DNA from: Desulfobacterales bacterium
GTDB taxonomy: Bacteria > Desulfobacterota > Desulfobacteria > Desulfobacterales > UBA5616
Direction of reading: 5' to 3'
NCBI GenBank assembly: GCA_046483495.1
Contig: JAWODC010000091.1
Coordinates: forward strand, 1-24,856
DNA: 24,856 nucleotides
Below are positions 1 to 8,800 of this stretch, in pieces; position 1 is the stretch's first letter; each line of letters opens with the position of its first letter. The translations under genes were made by a program, and so were the position numbers. Under the pieces are notes generated by a model that had not been told where the DNA came from, ran no database searches, and was given only the letters and a program-made list of their open reading frames with translations.

Positions 1-1
1 A

Positions 2-235
2 GAGATACTGGCTGTCACACGCAAGGAACTGGACGAGTACACTGGCTCGCTTATGGCGCTGATCTTTATTGGCGCCTTTTTGGCCGCCACCCTGTTCGCC
101 TTCTTTTGGGTGGACACCTTTTTTGCCCGTGGCATCGCCGACGTGCGACCCCTCTTTCGCCGGATGATGCCAAGCTCCACCGCCATGAACAGCCCAAAAC
201 CTTTCTTTCAAAAAAGGAGCTTCAATAACTCCTAA
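2..235 (+). pseudogene. Truncated N-terminal fragment of an ABC-2 type / GldF-like transporter permease (start lies before the window)
   Basis: Frame 2 is open from base 2: EILAVTRKELDEYTGSLMALIFIGAFLAATLFAFFWVDTFFARGIADVRPLFRRM. This has the 'RKEL..Y..S' start, a first TM helix and the 'ADxRPLF' motif of ABC-2/GldF permeases. The resemblance stops at ~165 and the frame ends at TAA 233-235, far short of a multi-TM permease. Confidence 0.6.
210..232 (-). terminator. Probable intrinsic terminator downstream of the nitrilase gene
   Basis: Minus strand reads GGAGTT-attga-AGCTCC followed by TTTTTT, 13 nt after the stop of 246..983. Confidence 0.45.
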
Positions 236-245
236 GACAGGTTTT

Positions 246-983
246 TTATCTTCGTAAAGGGCCAACCACCAGCATTCCTTCCCCATTGCAAAATTTTTCA
301 CTGAGAAGTTGTCCGGATGGAGCGATGACCATGGCCAGACCGGGGAACACCAGTCCACTGCCGTTCATGCCGGTCTGATTGGCGGCAGCGACAAAAATAC
401 TATTGTCATATGCCCTTGCCGGCAAATGGCGCATCCAGGATGTGCGCTTTATTCGGGGGGTGCCGCGGGGGGAGGCATGCGGCATGAAAATCAACTCGGC
501 GCCTTTCTCCGCCAGGCGGGTGGTAAGTTCCGGGAAATGCGCGTCATAACAGAGCTGAATGCCGAAGGTAATTCCAGAGGTTTGAAAAACCGGTATCGCA
601 TCACCGGGTGAATAAATACTTTTTTCCGGAGGTGCGATATGCAGTTTTCGATATACATCCAAACGGCCATCGGGTTCGAACACGATATGGCTTGCAAAAA
701 TATCGTGGTTATCCCCTTTTTCGGCCATTCCCGCCAGAATAACCACTCCGAAACGCCGGGCCAGTTCGGAAACCCGCGCAGTCGCTTTCCCGGGGATGCA
801 TTCGGCAATATCCCGTATATCACTTCGGGTCGAATATCCGGTGATGTTCATTTCAGGAAAACAGACCAAACGGACATCCTTTTTTTTCGCCCGCTTAACC
901 CAATTCTCCATCCCTTTAAGGTTTTCATCGATATTGCCCATGGCGGACCGGGAGACAACCATGGCGATTCGAGTATTTTTCAT
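246..983 (-). CDS. Carbon-nitrogen hydrolase (nitrilase/amidohydrolase family), possibly C-terminally shortened
   Basis: Catalytic triad motifs CFPEM (Glu), YRKLH (Lys) and QLCYDAHFPE (Cys), plus the ARAYDN motif. Confidence 0.9.
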   Translation of the reverse strand: MKNTRIAMVVSRSAMGNIDENLKGMENWVKRAKKKDVRLVCFPEMNITGYSTRSDIRDIAECIPGKATARVSELARRFGVVILAGMAEKGDNHDIFASHIVFEPDGRLDVYRKLHIAPPEKSIYSPGDAIPVFQTSGITFGIQLCYDAHFPELTTRLAEKGAELIFMPHASPRGTPRIKRTSWMRHLPARAYDNSIFVAAANQTGMNGSGLVFPGLAMVIAPSGQLLSEKFCNGEGMLVVGPLRR

Positions 984-993
984 AGACTTGAAA

Positions 994-1455
994 TTATAAA
1001 TTAAAGTGGGCCTTGATCTTGTATTTTCGCGTGGCAGGCAGATTTAAAATGTCATCGATTCCCGTTTTTTCAGATATCGCTTTCAGGGCGCTTTCGATTT
1101 CAGCCATGGACGGGGCGATGAGTGTAAACCAGATATTGACCTCACCGCTTCTCAAGTAATTATGCGTCACGCCGGGATAACCGTTCACAACAGCTGCAAA
1201 CGCCTCTATTTTCTCTTTCGGTACCTTCGCAGCACACAGCGTGCTGACATACCCCACCTTCGACGGGACGAAATTACCTCCAATCCGCCGGATAATGCCC
1301 TGCTTCTTAAGCCGCGCCAACCGGGAAATCACTTCGGCTTCACCAAGGCCGACTTCTTCGGCGATCGCCTTATACGGCTCGGGCGTGATCGGAAAATCGG
1401 ACTGAATCCTGTTTAAAATCATTTTATCGACACTATCCAACGAATCCGGCGTCAT
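994..1455 (-). CDS. ahbA: Siroheme decarboxylase subunit alpha (AsnC/Lrp-like fold, alternative heme biosynthesis)
   Basis: DKMILNRIQSDFPI..PY..IAE N-terminal HTH, GIIRRIG, STLCAA and GVTHNYLR..NIWFT motifs typical of AhbA/NirD. The start overlaps the yjbQ stop (ATGA). Confidence 0.8.
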   Translation of the reverse strand: MTPDSLDSVDKMILNRIQSDFPITPEPYKAIAEEVGLGEAEVISRLARLKKQGIIRRIGGNFVPSKVGYVSTLCAAKVPKEKIEAFAAVVNGYPGVTHNYLRSGEVNIWFTLIAPSMAEIESALKAISEKTGIDDILNLPATRKYKIKAHFNL

Positions 1456-1853
1456 CGTAGCCTTCCTTCCAGTATACGGATATACGCCTTTCGCTCACGA
1501 GGACCATCAAACTCGCAAAAAAATATGCCCTGCCAGGTGCCCAGGCAAACGTCGCCTCCCGTAATGGGGATGCATTGGGAAGCCCCGATTAATGAGGACT
1601 TTATGTGGGCAGAGGAATTTCCCTCGAGATGTCGGTAGGTGGCATTTTCAGGAACGATCGTGTTCAAGGACGTCAATATGTCCGCTTGAACCTCTGGATC
1701 GGCATTTTCGTTAATCGTCACGCCGGCGGTGGTATGGGGAACATAAACGATTAAAATGCCTTCGCGAACGCCGGATTCACGAACGAGTCGTTTAACATCA
1801 TTCGTAATATCGACAAACTGGGTCTTGTGTGATGTTTTCACGGTCAGCATCAT
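1452..1853 (-). CDS. yjbQ: YjbQ/UPF0047 family protein (secondary thiamine-phosphate synthase family)
   Basis: Motifs PHTTAG.TINEN.DP, HLEGNS.AHIKS and LGTWQGIFFCEFDGPR. Confidence 0.9.
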   Translation of the reverse strand: MMLTVKTSHKTQFVDITNDVKRLVRESGVREGILIVYVPHTTAGVTINENADPEVQADILTSLNTIVPENATYRHLEGNSSAHIKSSLIGASQCIPITGGDVCLGTWQGIFFCEFDGPRERKAYIRILEGRLR

Positions 1854-1915
1854 CTTGCCCTTGTGAAATGTGATTGCCGGCTATACACCTGTCCCTGATC
1901 GATGCCTGTAAAAAC

Positions 1916-1950
1916 AAAAAAAGGCCTTGCATGCAAGCAGGGCCTTTTTT
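1916..1950 (-). terminator. Intrinsic terminator after dsrC (symmetric, potentially bidirectional)
   Basis: Plus strand reads A7-GGCCTTGC-atgcaa-GCAGGGCC-T6, a GC stem with A/T tracts on both sides, 24 nt after the dsrC stop. Confidence 0.85.
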
Positions 1951-1974
1951 CGTTGCTTCAGGGCATATTGGAGA

Positions 1975-2292
1975 TTAAACACATCCGGTCGGTTTCGGCA
2001 ACCCGGCCATTTTACAGGCGCCTTTTCCGGGTCCTGACGGAAAAAGCTCATAAATGTGTTTCAGTTTAAATTTTGTGACTTTCGAAAGGACACGAACCAT
2101 GGGCGCAATGCCGTTTTTTTCATAATAGTCGCGAAGCGTATTAATGACCAATCGATGTTCGTCATTAAGTTCGTCGATGCCTTCCTCTTTTTTTACAAAC
2201 TGCACCCAAGTTTCATTCCAGTTGTTATAATCGTCAATGAAACCATCTTCGTCAACTGTAAAAGTTTCCCCGTTGAATTCAACTGTTGCCAT
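1975..2292 (-). CDS. dsrC: Dissimilatory sulfite reductase sulfur-carrier protein DsrC
   Basis: 105 aa with VDEDGF and ELFPSGPGKGACKMAGLPKPTGCV. Both conserved C-terminal Cys (Cx10C) are present. RBS AAGGAGG upstream. Confidence 0.96.
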   Translation of the reverse strand: MATVEFNGETFTVDEDGFIDDYNNWNETWVQFVKKEEGIDELNDEHRLVINTLRDYYEKNGIAPMVRVLSKVTKFKLKHIYELFPSGPGKGACKMAGLPKPTGCV

Positions 2293-2368
2293 AATATACG
2301 TTCCCTCCTTATTAATGATTTATTCTAATGGCGCTAAGCCGTAAGCTCCTGAATATTGATCAACGGTG

Positions 2369-2397
2369 ACCATATAAAATCAATATACTAATGTCAA
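2369..2397 (-). promoter_or_regulatory. Sigma70-type promoter for dsrC
   Basis: Minus strand TTGACA (2397-2392), 17 bp spacer, TATGGT (2374-2369) in the flxA-dsrC spacer. Confidence 0.6.
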
Positions 2398-2416
2398 TAT
2401 TAAAAAACGGCTTCTA

Positions 2417-3265
2417 TTAATATTCCCTGGGCATGTGATTCAATTCGGCCAGAGTGAAAACCGGGCCGTCCTTACAGACGAACTCCTTGCCGACATTGCA
2501 GTGGCCACACATTCCGATCCCGCATTTCATCCGGTTTTCCAGAGACATGATGATGTTTTCATGCGCATATCCCTGCTTATCGAGAACCGGTTGGGTAAAC
2601 TTGATCATCACCGGCGGTCCGCAAATAATGGCGTACGTATCCTTGTCCGCGGGGGGCGCTTTCTGTTCGGTAATGGCGGGGACAAACCCCACATTGTATT
2701 TCCAGTCCGGATCCTCGGTGCTGTCCACGGTGATATGGACATTGATATCATCCCGGGCTTCCCATTGGGCCAACTCATCCCGGTAAAGAAGCATGCCCGG
2801 TGTCCTTGCACCGTAAATGACGTGAATATCGCCAAACTTCGATCGATTAGACGGATCGAGCATATAAATGATGGAGGATCTGAGGGTCGTAAAGGCAAAG
2901 CCGCCACCGATGATGACTACATTTTTGCCCTGTTCGAGAATTTCCCATGGATACCAGTTTCCCAACGGTCCCCGAATCCCCATAATGTCGCCGACCTTCA
3001 TGTTGTGAAGGTGTGTCGAAACCAGGCCGACCTTATTGACCGTGAATTTGACGAATCCCTCTTCTGTTGGTGAAGAGGCGATTCCGATTGGAATTTCTCC
3101 TTTACCGGTCACGGAAAGTTCGGCAAACTGCCCCGGACGGTAAGCGAATTTTTTTTCATCTTCTTCATTTAAAAAAACGAACGTAAATGTCTTTAGATTT
3201 CTATCTTCGGTTTCGGTGATAATGTCATCGATTCGAACCGGATACGGCAAATATGGATTTTGCAC
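2417..3265 (-). CDS. flxA: FlxA: FAD/NAD(P)-binding oxidoreductase with [2Fe-2S] cluster (PyrK/AsrB-like)
   Basis: GTG start with RBS. Motifs YRPGQF, IRGPLGN, IIGGG and ICGPPVM, plus C-terminal MKCGIGMCGHC...VCKDGPVF. Last gene of the hdrA-flxDCBA order. Confidence 0.88.
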   Translation of the reverse strand: MQNPYLPYPVRIDDIITETEDRNLKTFTFVFLNEEDEKKFAYRPGQFAELSVTGKGEIPIGIASSPTEEGFVKFTVNKVGLVSTHLHNMKVGDIMGIRGPLGNWYPWEILEQGKNVVIIGGGFAFTTLRSSIIYMLDPSNRSKFGDIHVIYGARTPGMLLYRDELAQWEARDDINVHITVDSTEDPDWKYNVGFVPAITEQKAPPADKDTYAIICGPPVMIKFTQPVLDKQGYAHENIIMSLENRMKCGIGMCGHCNVGKEFVCKDGPVFTLAELNHMPREY

Positions 3266-3287
3266 GATATACCCCCTTTATCCTCTC

Positions 3288-4352
3288 TTACCGGGCAGCA
3301 CAGGTTGCATCATCATAACTGTTCATCCGCTCACACACTTGTCGAATATCAATATTGACCGGGCATGCTCGTATGCATCGACCACACCCCACACATTGAA
3401 TGCCGTCCCCATATTTATCGACATAATACTTCAGCTTGTGCATGAAACGCTGGCGGACCCGCTGCACTTTATCACCCCTGGGATTGTGGCCGGAACCATG
3501 AAGCGTGAACAGCGGGAACATGCAGCTGTCCCAGTTCCGCATTCGAACCCCTGATGTCTTATGGGACTCATCCTGAATATCGAAACACCAGCAGGTCGGA
3601 CAAACAAACGTGCAAGTGCCGCAGTTGATGCATGAAAAGGCCACATCTTCCCAAAACGGCGCATTATACAGCATCATCGCATCCATTTCTTTCAGCCGGT
3701 CCGTATCAATCGCGGACGTTATCTTCTCTTCGGCAGCGGCTTTCAAAGCCTCGATTTCCTTCTGCGCCTCATCCGCCGATATCTCATTGCTCCATCCGGC
3801 GGCCTCCAACAGCGCCTCACCTTTTTGGGTGACGGATTTGGCCAAAAACCCGTCTTCTCTTTCCACCAGCAATACATCCAAACCGGCCTCATTGAAGGGT
3901 CCGCTCCCGGCCGAGGTGCAGAAACAGGTACCGGCCGGATTTGCGCAGGCAAATCCAACGAAGGTGGTGGCTTCATATGCCTTTAACCAATAGGGATCCT
4001 TGTATTCAGGGGTATCGAAATTCCGCCTTACCAATAAAAATGCATGGGCGTCACACGGTCGTATGCCGATTACGGCCCGGGGGGAATAGTCTTTTTCAGC
4101 CGGTTTTAATATGTGGTGATCTTCCGCAGTTTCATCCAGCGTATAGGTAAACATGGCTTCCGTCTGGGGATAGATCAGGCTTTTGGCAGACATTCTCGTA
4201 TTCAAGCCGCTCAAATCCGGCTTCTCATCCTGTGCCAGCTCCTTGAACTCGCAGGCATCCTTTTCTTTTACCGGGCCGAACAAACGGTATTCGTTTCTCA
4301 GTTTCTCGAGTCCTTTGTCCCACTCTGCCTTATCGATTTTTACGGCCTTCAT
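3288..4352 (-). CDS. flxB: FlxB: 4Fe-4S dicluster protein (AsrA/HydB-like)
   Basis: GIRPCD, CFC, CINCGTCTFVCPTCWCF, R.WDSC, RQRFMHK and CVGCGRCIRACP motifs, plus operon position. Confidence 0.85.
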   Translation of the reverse strand: MKAVKIDKAEWDKGLEKLRNEYRLFGPVKEKDACEFKELAQDEKPDLSGLNTRMSAKSLIYPQTEAMFTYTLDETAEDHHILKPAEKDYSPRAVIGIRPCDAHAFLLVRRNFDTPEYKDPYWLKAYEATTFVGFACANPAGTCFCTSAGSGPFNEAGLDVLLVEREDGFLAKSVTQKGEALLEAAGWSNEISADEAQKEIEALKAAAEEKITSAIDTDRLKEMDAMMLYNAPFWEDVAFSCINCGTCTFVCPTCWCFDIQDESHKTSGVRMRNWDSCMFPLFTLHGSGHNPRGDKVQRVRQRFMHKLKYYVDKYGDGIQCVGCGRCIRACPVNIDIRQVCERMNSYDDATCAAR

Positions 4353-4424
4353 ATTTTCTACCTTTATATAGCAAGTTGGCTGTTGCCTTAATCAGGTTGT
4401 TGGTCCTTGGTTTGTCAGTCGGGA

Positions 4425-5372
4425 TTATTTGATAAAAATCTCGGGATCATCAGCCTTATAGGTATCCAGCGGCGGCCGCTCGTCCTGGTTTAGGCCTGCT
4501 TCCCAGTTGTACAGCTCCTTACAGTCTTGCTCGAGCTTCCTGGTTAACAGCCGCATATTGATGCCCACCGGACAGGCCTCTTCACAGGCCCCGCAGTCCG
4601 TGCATCTTCCTGCGCAATGATAGGCCCTTAGAAAATGAAACGTCTGAATATCGATCGCGTCGTTTCCTTTTCCGACCCACTGGGGCCGCGATTCGTCAAC
4701 AAAGCAGGTGGGGCAATAACACAACGGGCACGCATTGCGGCAGGCATAGCATCGAATACAGGACGACAGCAGGTCCTCGAAAAATTCCCGTTTTTCTTCG
4801 CTGGACATGGATTCGATCCGGCGTATATCCTCATATCGGTCTACATCGGTCTGCTCTTCCACCAAATCGGATGCCAATTCGTCGTAAATGACAGGATTTT
4901 TGTGAATGCAAACAGCACAATTTTGTCGAAGTACATCCGCTTTTTCAAACGGCTTCTCAAAATCGGCGCCTTTGACCGTAATCTTACCGTCTGCCTCCTC
5001 CATCTCGAGAATTTCACCGGGTACGGATTTTTCGATAAGCCGGCGATCGACCATTCCCTCGCAGGGAACCCCGATAATGTAGAGCTGGTCCCGTTTAATC
5101 TTGTTTTCGACGATGTGGTTGACGATATTCCTGGAATCGCAACCCTTGGCGACGATACCGATTTTCTCTTTTCGGTTCGTCAGGTAGTTTGCCAGATTGA
5201 TGCGACAGTTGCTGTCCCAAACCATCACGTCCACATCATCCGCCGTTTTGGCGGCCAGGGGTTCGTTTTTCATCGGCATGCTGCCTTTTTTGAACCCGAT
5301 CACCATGTCAACGCTGCAGTCCGCAAGTAGCCGTTTGGAAATCTCTTTTATTTTATCGATGTGTGCTGACAT
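4425..5372 (-). CDS. flxC: FlxC: 4Fe-4S dicluster protein (FrhB/FdhB C-terminal-like)
   Basis: KGCDSR, GVPCEG, CIRCYACRNACPLCYCPTC and HCAGRCTDCGACEEACP motifs. Start moved to ATG 5372 (MSAHIDK), 1 nt after the extended flxD stop. Confidence 0.85.
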   Translation of the reverse strand: MSAHIDKIKEISKRLLADCSVDMVIGFKKGSMPMKNEPLAAKTADDVDVMVWDSNCRINLANYLTNRKEKIGIVAKGCDSRNIVNHIVENKIKRDQLYIIGVPCEGMVDRRLIEKSVPGEILEMEEADGKITVKGADFEKPFEKADVLRQNCAVCIHKNPVIYDELASDLVEEQTDVDRYEDIRRIESMSSEEKREFFEDLLSSCIRCYACRNACPLCYCPTCFVDESRPQWVGKGNDAIDIQTFHFLRAYHCAGRCTDCGACEEACPVGINMRLLTRKLEQDCKELYNWEAGLNQDERPPLDTYKADDPEIFIK

Positions 5373-5373
5373 A

Positions 5374-5808
5374 TTATGCTGCCTTGATCCTGTTTTTGAC
5401 AAAGTGTTTATTCGGCCCCAATGCTTTTACGGCCTCTGTAACCTTCCCGACGACTTCCACAAATTTGGTGGCTTCCGCGGAAGAAATCCACGAAAGGTGA
5501 AGCCGGTCTCGTTCAATCCCCATATAATCCATTAAATCAGAAAATAACTCATATTTTCTTCGAGCATAATAATTACCTTCCAGGTAATGGCAGTCTCCGG
5601 GATGTCACCCGGATACCCAGACGCCGTCGGCGCCCTGCCTGAACGCTGCAAGGATGAATTTCGGACTCATTCGACCGGTGCAGGGGATTCGGATAACCCG
5701 TATATTCGGCGGATACTGCATACGGCTGACACCGGCCAGATCCGCAGCCCCGTAACTGCACCAGTTGCACAGAAAAGCTATGATTTTTGGTTCCCATTCT
5801 TCCGTCAT
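5374..5808 (-). CDS. flxD: FlxD / MvhD-family [2Fe-2S] subunit, predicted selenoprotein (Sec68), 144 aa
   Basis: [15 protein letters not shown] and PCTGR precede [12 protein letters not shown](5607-5605)[17 protein letters not shown]...[15 protein letters not shown]...TAA(5376-5374). The TGA replaces the Cys of the MvhD motif G-C-H-P-G-D-C-H-Y and the frame continues with family-typical sequence. Confidence 0.93.
5572..5604 (-). promoter_or_regulatory. Putative bacterial SECIS element for flxD UGA68
   Basis: After the TGA: CATCCCGGAGACTGCC-ATTACCT-GGA-AGGTAAT, a perfect 7-bp stem with an apical G 24 nt after the UGA. Confidence 0.7.
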
Positions 5809-5870
5809 ATCACGTCGTCTCCTTATCCTGTTATCTGCCCGAAGGCTTACTGAATCAGGTCGGTTCGATG

Positions 5871-8800
5871 TTAAATGGCTTCTTCTATCATGGCAAATAT
5901 CTGATCCGTGTCGAACCCTTTAAGGTTTATGGCGCCGGATCGGCAGGATGCCACGCATAACCCGCACCCTTTGCACAGCGCGGGATTGATTTCAGCCTTT
6001 CCGGCGAAAAAGCGGGCATCTTCCGGAATAAAGGAGGGTGCACTGTACGGGCATATGCTCACGCACACACCGCAACTGCTGCAAAAGGCCGGATTCACTT
6101 TCGCCACTTCACCGCTGGTATGAATCGTCTTCTTGGCCAGCAATGTCACCGCTCGAGATGCAGCGGCTTTTCCCTGGGCAACGGCTTCTTCGATAGGCTT
6201 GGGATAATGGGCCAGGCCGCACAGGAAAACACCGTCCGTTGCAAACTCGGAGGGACCCAGCTTGGCATGCCGTTCGACGAAGAATCCGTCTTCATTCAAA
6301 GGCAGCTTAAAAAACCGGGCCAGTTTTTCGTTCTCATTGGGTACGATGGCGGCAGCCAGGTTCAGCAAATCCGTTTCGATTTCCAAGGGCACGCCAAGGA
6401 TCGGATCCACGATACGGACCAGAAGGGCACCATTTTCAACGACCACTTCAGGCTTGCCTTCCAGCTCGTACCGAACGAAAATGACACCGGCCTCCCTGGC
6501 CTTCTTGTACAAATACTCCCGTTCACCATACGTCCGGATATCCCGGTTCAAAATATAGACATTCATGTCCGGATTCAATTCCTTGAGTGCGAGAGCGCTC
6601 TCAATGGAATGGGTACAGCAAACCCTTGAACAATACGGCCTTTCCGGCTCCCGGGATCCGACGCATTGGATAAAAACCGCTGTGGAGAGGGTTTTCAAGG
6701 CAGGATCGTTCTCTTTGAACTTCTTGTCAAGCTCCAGGCCTGTTATGATCCTGGGATCCGTACCGTATCCATATTCAACCGGCTCGTATTCCGAAGCACC
6801 CGTGGCCATCACCGCCACGCCGTGTTCGATCGGCACGTCAGTACCGTTGACACTCAATGCGGTGTTGAAATTGCCGACGAAACCCTCCACATCGCGGATA
6901 TCGGCATCCAGATGAACATAAATGTTTTTGGTGTTTGTCACCTCGTCAATCAGGCCGGAGAGCTTTTCCCCCACCGGTTCGCCCTTCCAGGTTTTGTAGA
7001 GGTTTACGGCTTGTCCACCAAGGCGTCCGGACTTTTCCACCAGATGGGTTTCATACCCCTGCCGTGCCAGACTCAAAGCCGCCGCCATACCGGAAATGCC
7101 GCCGCCGATCACCAGTGCGTTCTGGTTGACGTTCAACTCCGCTTCGACCAGCGGCTCCTTCAGGGCCACTTTTGCCACGGCCATGCGAACCAGGTCTTTG
7201 GCCTTATTGGTGGCGATCTCGGGGTTGTTTTTATGCACCCAGGAGTCCTGATTCCGGATATTCGTCATTTCGAAAAGATACTTGTTCAGCCCCGCGTTGA
7301 TGAGTGTTTCCTGGAACAGCGGCTCATGGGTTTTTGGAGTGCATGCGGCCACGACGATCCGATTCAGATTTTTTTCTTTGATCAGATCCCGCATTGCATC
7401 CTGGGTATCCTGCGAACAGGTGTACATATTATCGGTCACATATTCGACGTAGGGCAATGTGGCGGCAAAATCCCGAACGGCCGGCACGTCCACTACACCT
7501 GAAATATTGATGCCGCAATTGCAGACAAACACACCGATCCTCGGGCGTTCTCCCACAATATTGGTCTCCGGAACGATTTCCGGTGTCACGGTCATCGTAT
7601 TTCGGGCCGAACTCAGGATTTCACCGGCGGCAGCCGCAGCAGCACTGGCATCCACCACTGATTGCGGTATATCCCTGGGCCCCTGAAAGGCGCCGCATGC
7701 AAATATGCCTTCCCTGGATGTGGATACCGGCAAAAAGCTGGACGTATCGCAGAACTTGCCTTCTGTCAGCTCTACATCAACCAATTTGGACAAATTAATG
7801 ACATCAGCAGGCGTTTCGAGACCGACCGAAAGAACGATCATATCGAAAACTTCCGTGACCACCTCACCGTTTTCCCGGACATATCGGATTTCCAAATCTC
7901 CCGAATCGCCGACCGGTGTTACGGTGTGCACCCGTGAACGTTCGAAACGAACCCCCTGTTTTTTGGCGTTTTCGTAATATCGCTCGAAATCTTTGCCGTG
8001 GGATCGAATGTCCATGTAAAAAACAGCGCATTCGAGGTCTTCGCCGATATGCTCTTTTGCAATCACCGATTCTTTAATGGCGTACATGCAGCAAACGGAG
8101 GAGCAATAGGCGTTGCCGCATCGGTTCACATCTCGAGAACCGATGCACTGAAACCAGGCGATTTTCTTCGGTTCTTTGTGGTCGGAAGGCCGCACCACGT
8201 GACCTTCGGTCGGACCGGAGGCGGAAAGAATGCGTTCGAACTCCATGGCGGTGACTACGTTGGGCAGATTTTTATACCCGTAAAAATCGAGTTCGGACGG
8301 ATTATACGGCGAAAATCCGGGGGAAAGGATAACAGACCCCACTTCGAGATCCACGAATTCCGTCTGCTGGGCATGGGTTTCAAGGGTAACGGCTCCTGCA
8401 CCGCATGCCTCCACGCATTGAAAGCATTCACAGCAAAACCCGCAGTTGAGGCATCGATGGGCTTCCTCCCTGCCGATTTCCTCCTTATAGCCGAGTTCGA
8501 CTTCGTTGAAATTCCCTTCCCTGCTTTCCAGTGCCAGTTCCGGCATTTTCGCCCTTGCCTTTACGGTTTCATCTTCCGGAATCGGCCTGTAAACGGGTTC
8601 TTGTTTTTCAATCGGTTCACGCCCTTCGGCCATATCCCGATTGTCAAAATACCGGACAATGGATTCCGCCGCCTCACGGCCGGCGGCGATAGCACCGATG
8701 GCCACCCACGGGCCGGTTTGCAGATCACCACCGGCAAATACGCCCTCTCTTCCCGTGGCGTACGTAACAGGGTCCGTTTCGACGGTGCCCCAGCGGGTGA

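Noticed and set aside
5605..5808. Interpretation of flxD and hdrA as nonsense-mutated pseudogenes
   Set aside because: Both stops are TGA at conserved Cys positions, the frames are intact on both sides and hairpins follow, so selenocysteine explains them better.
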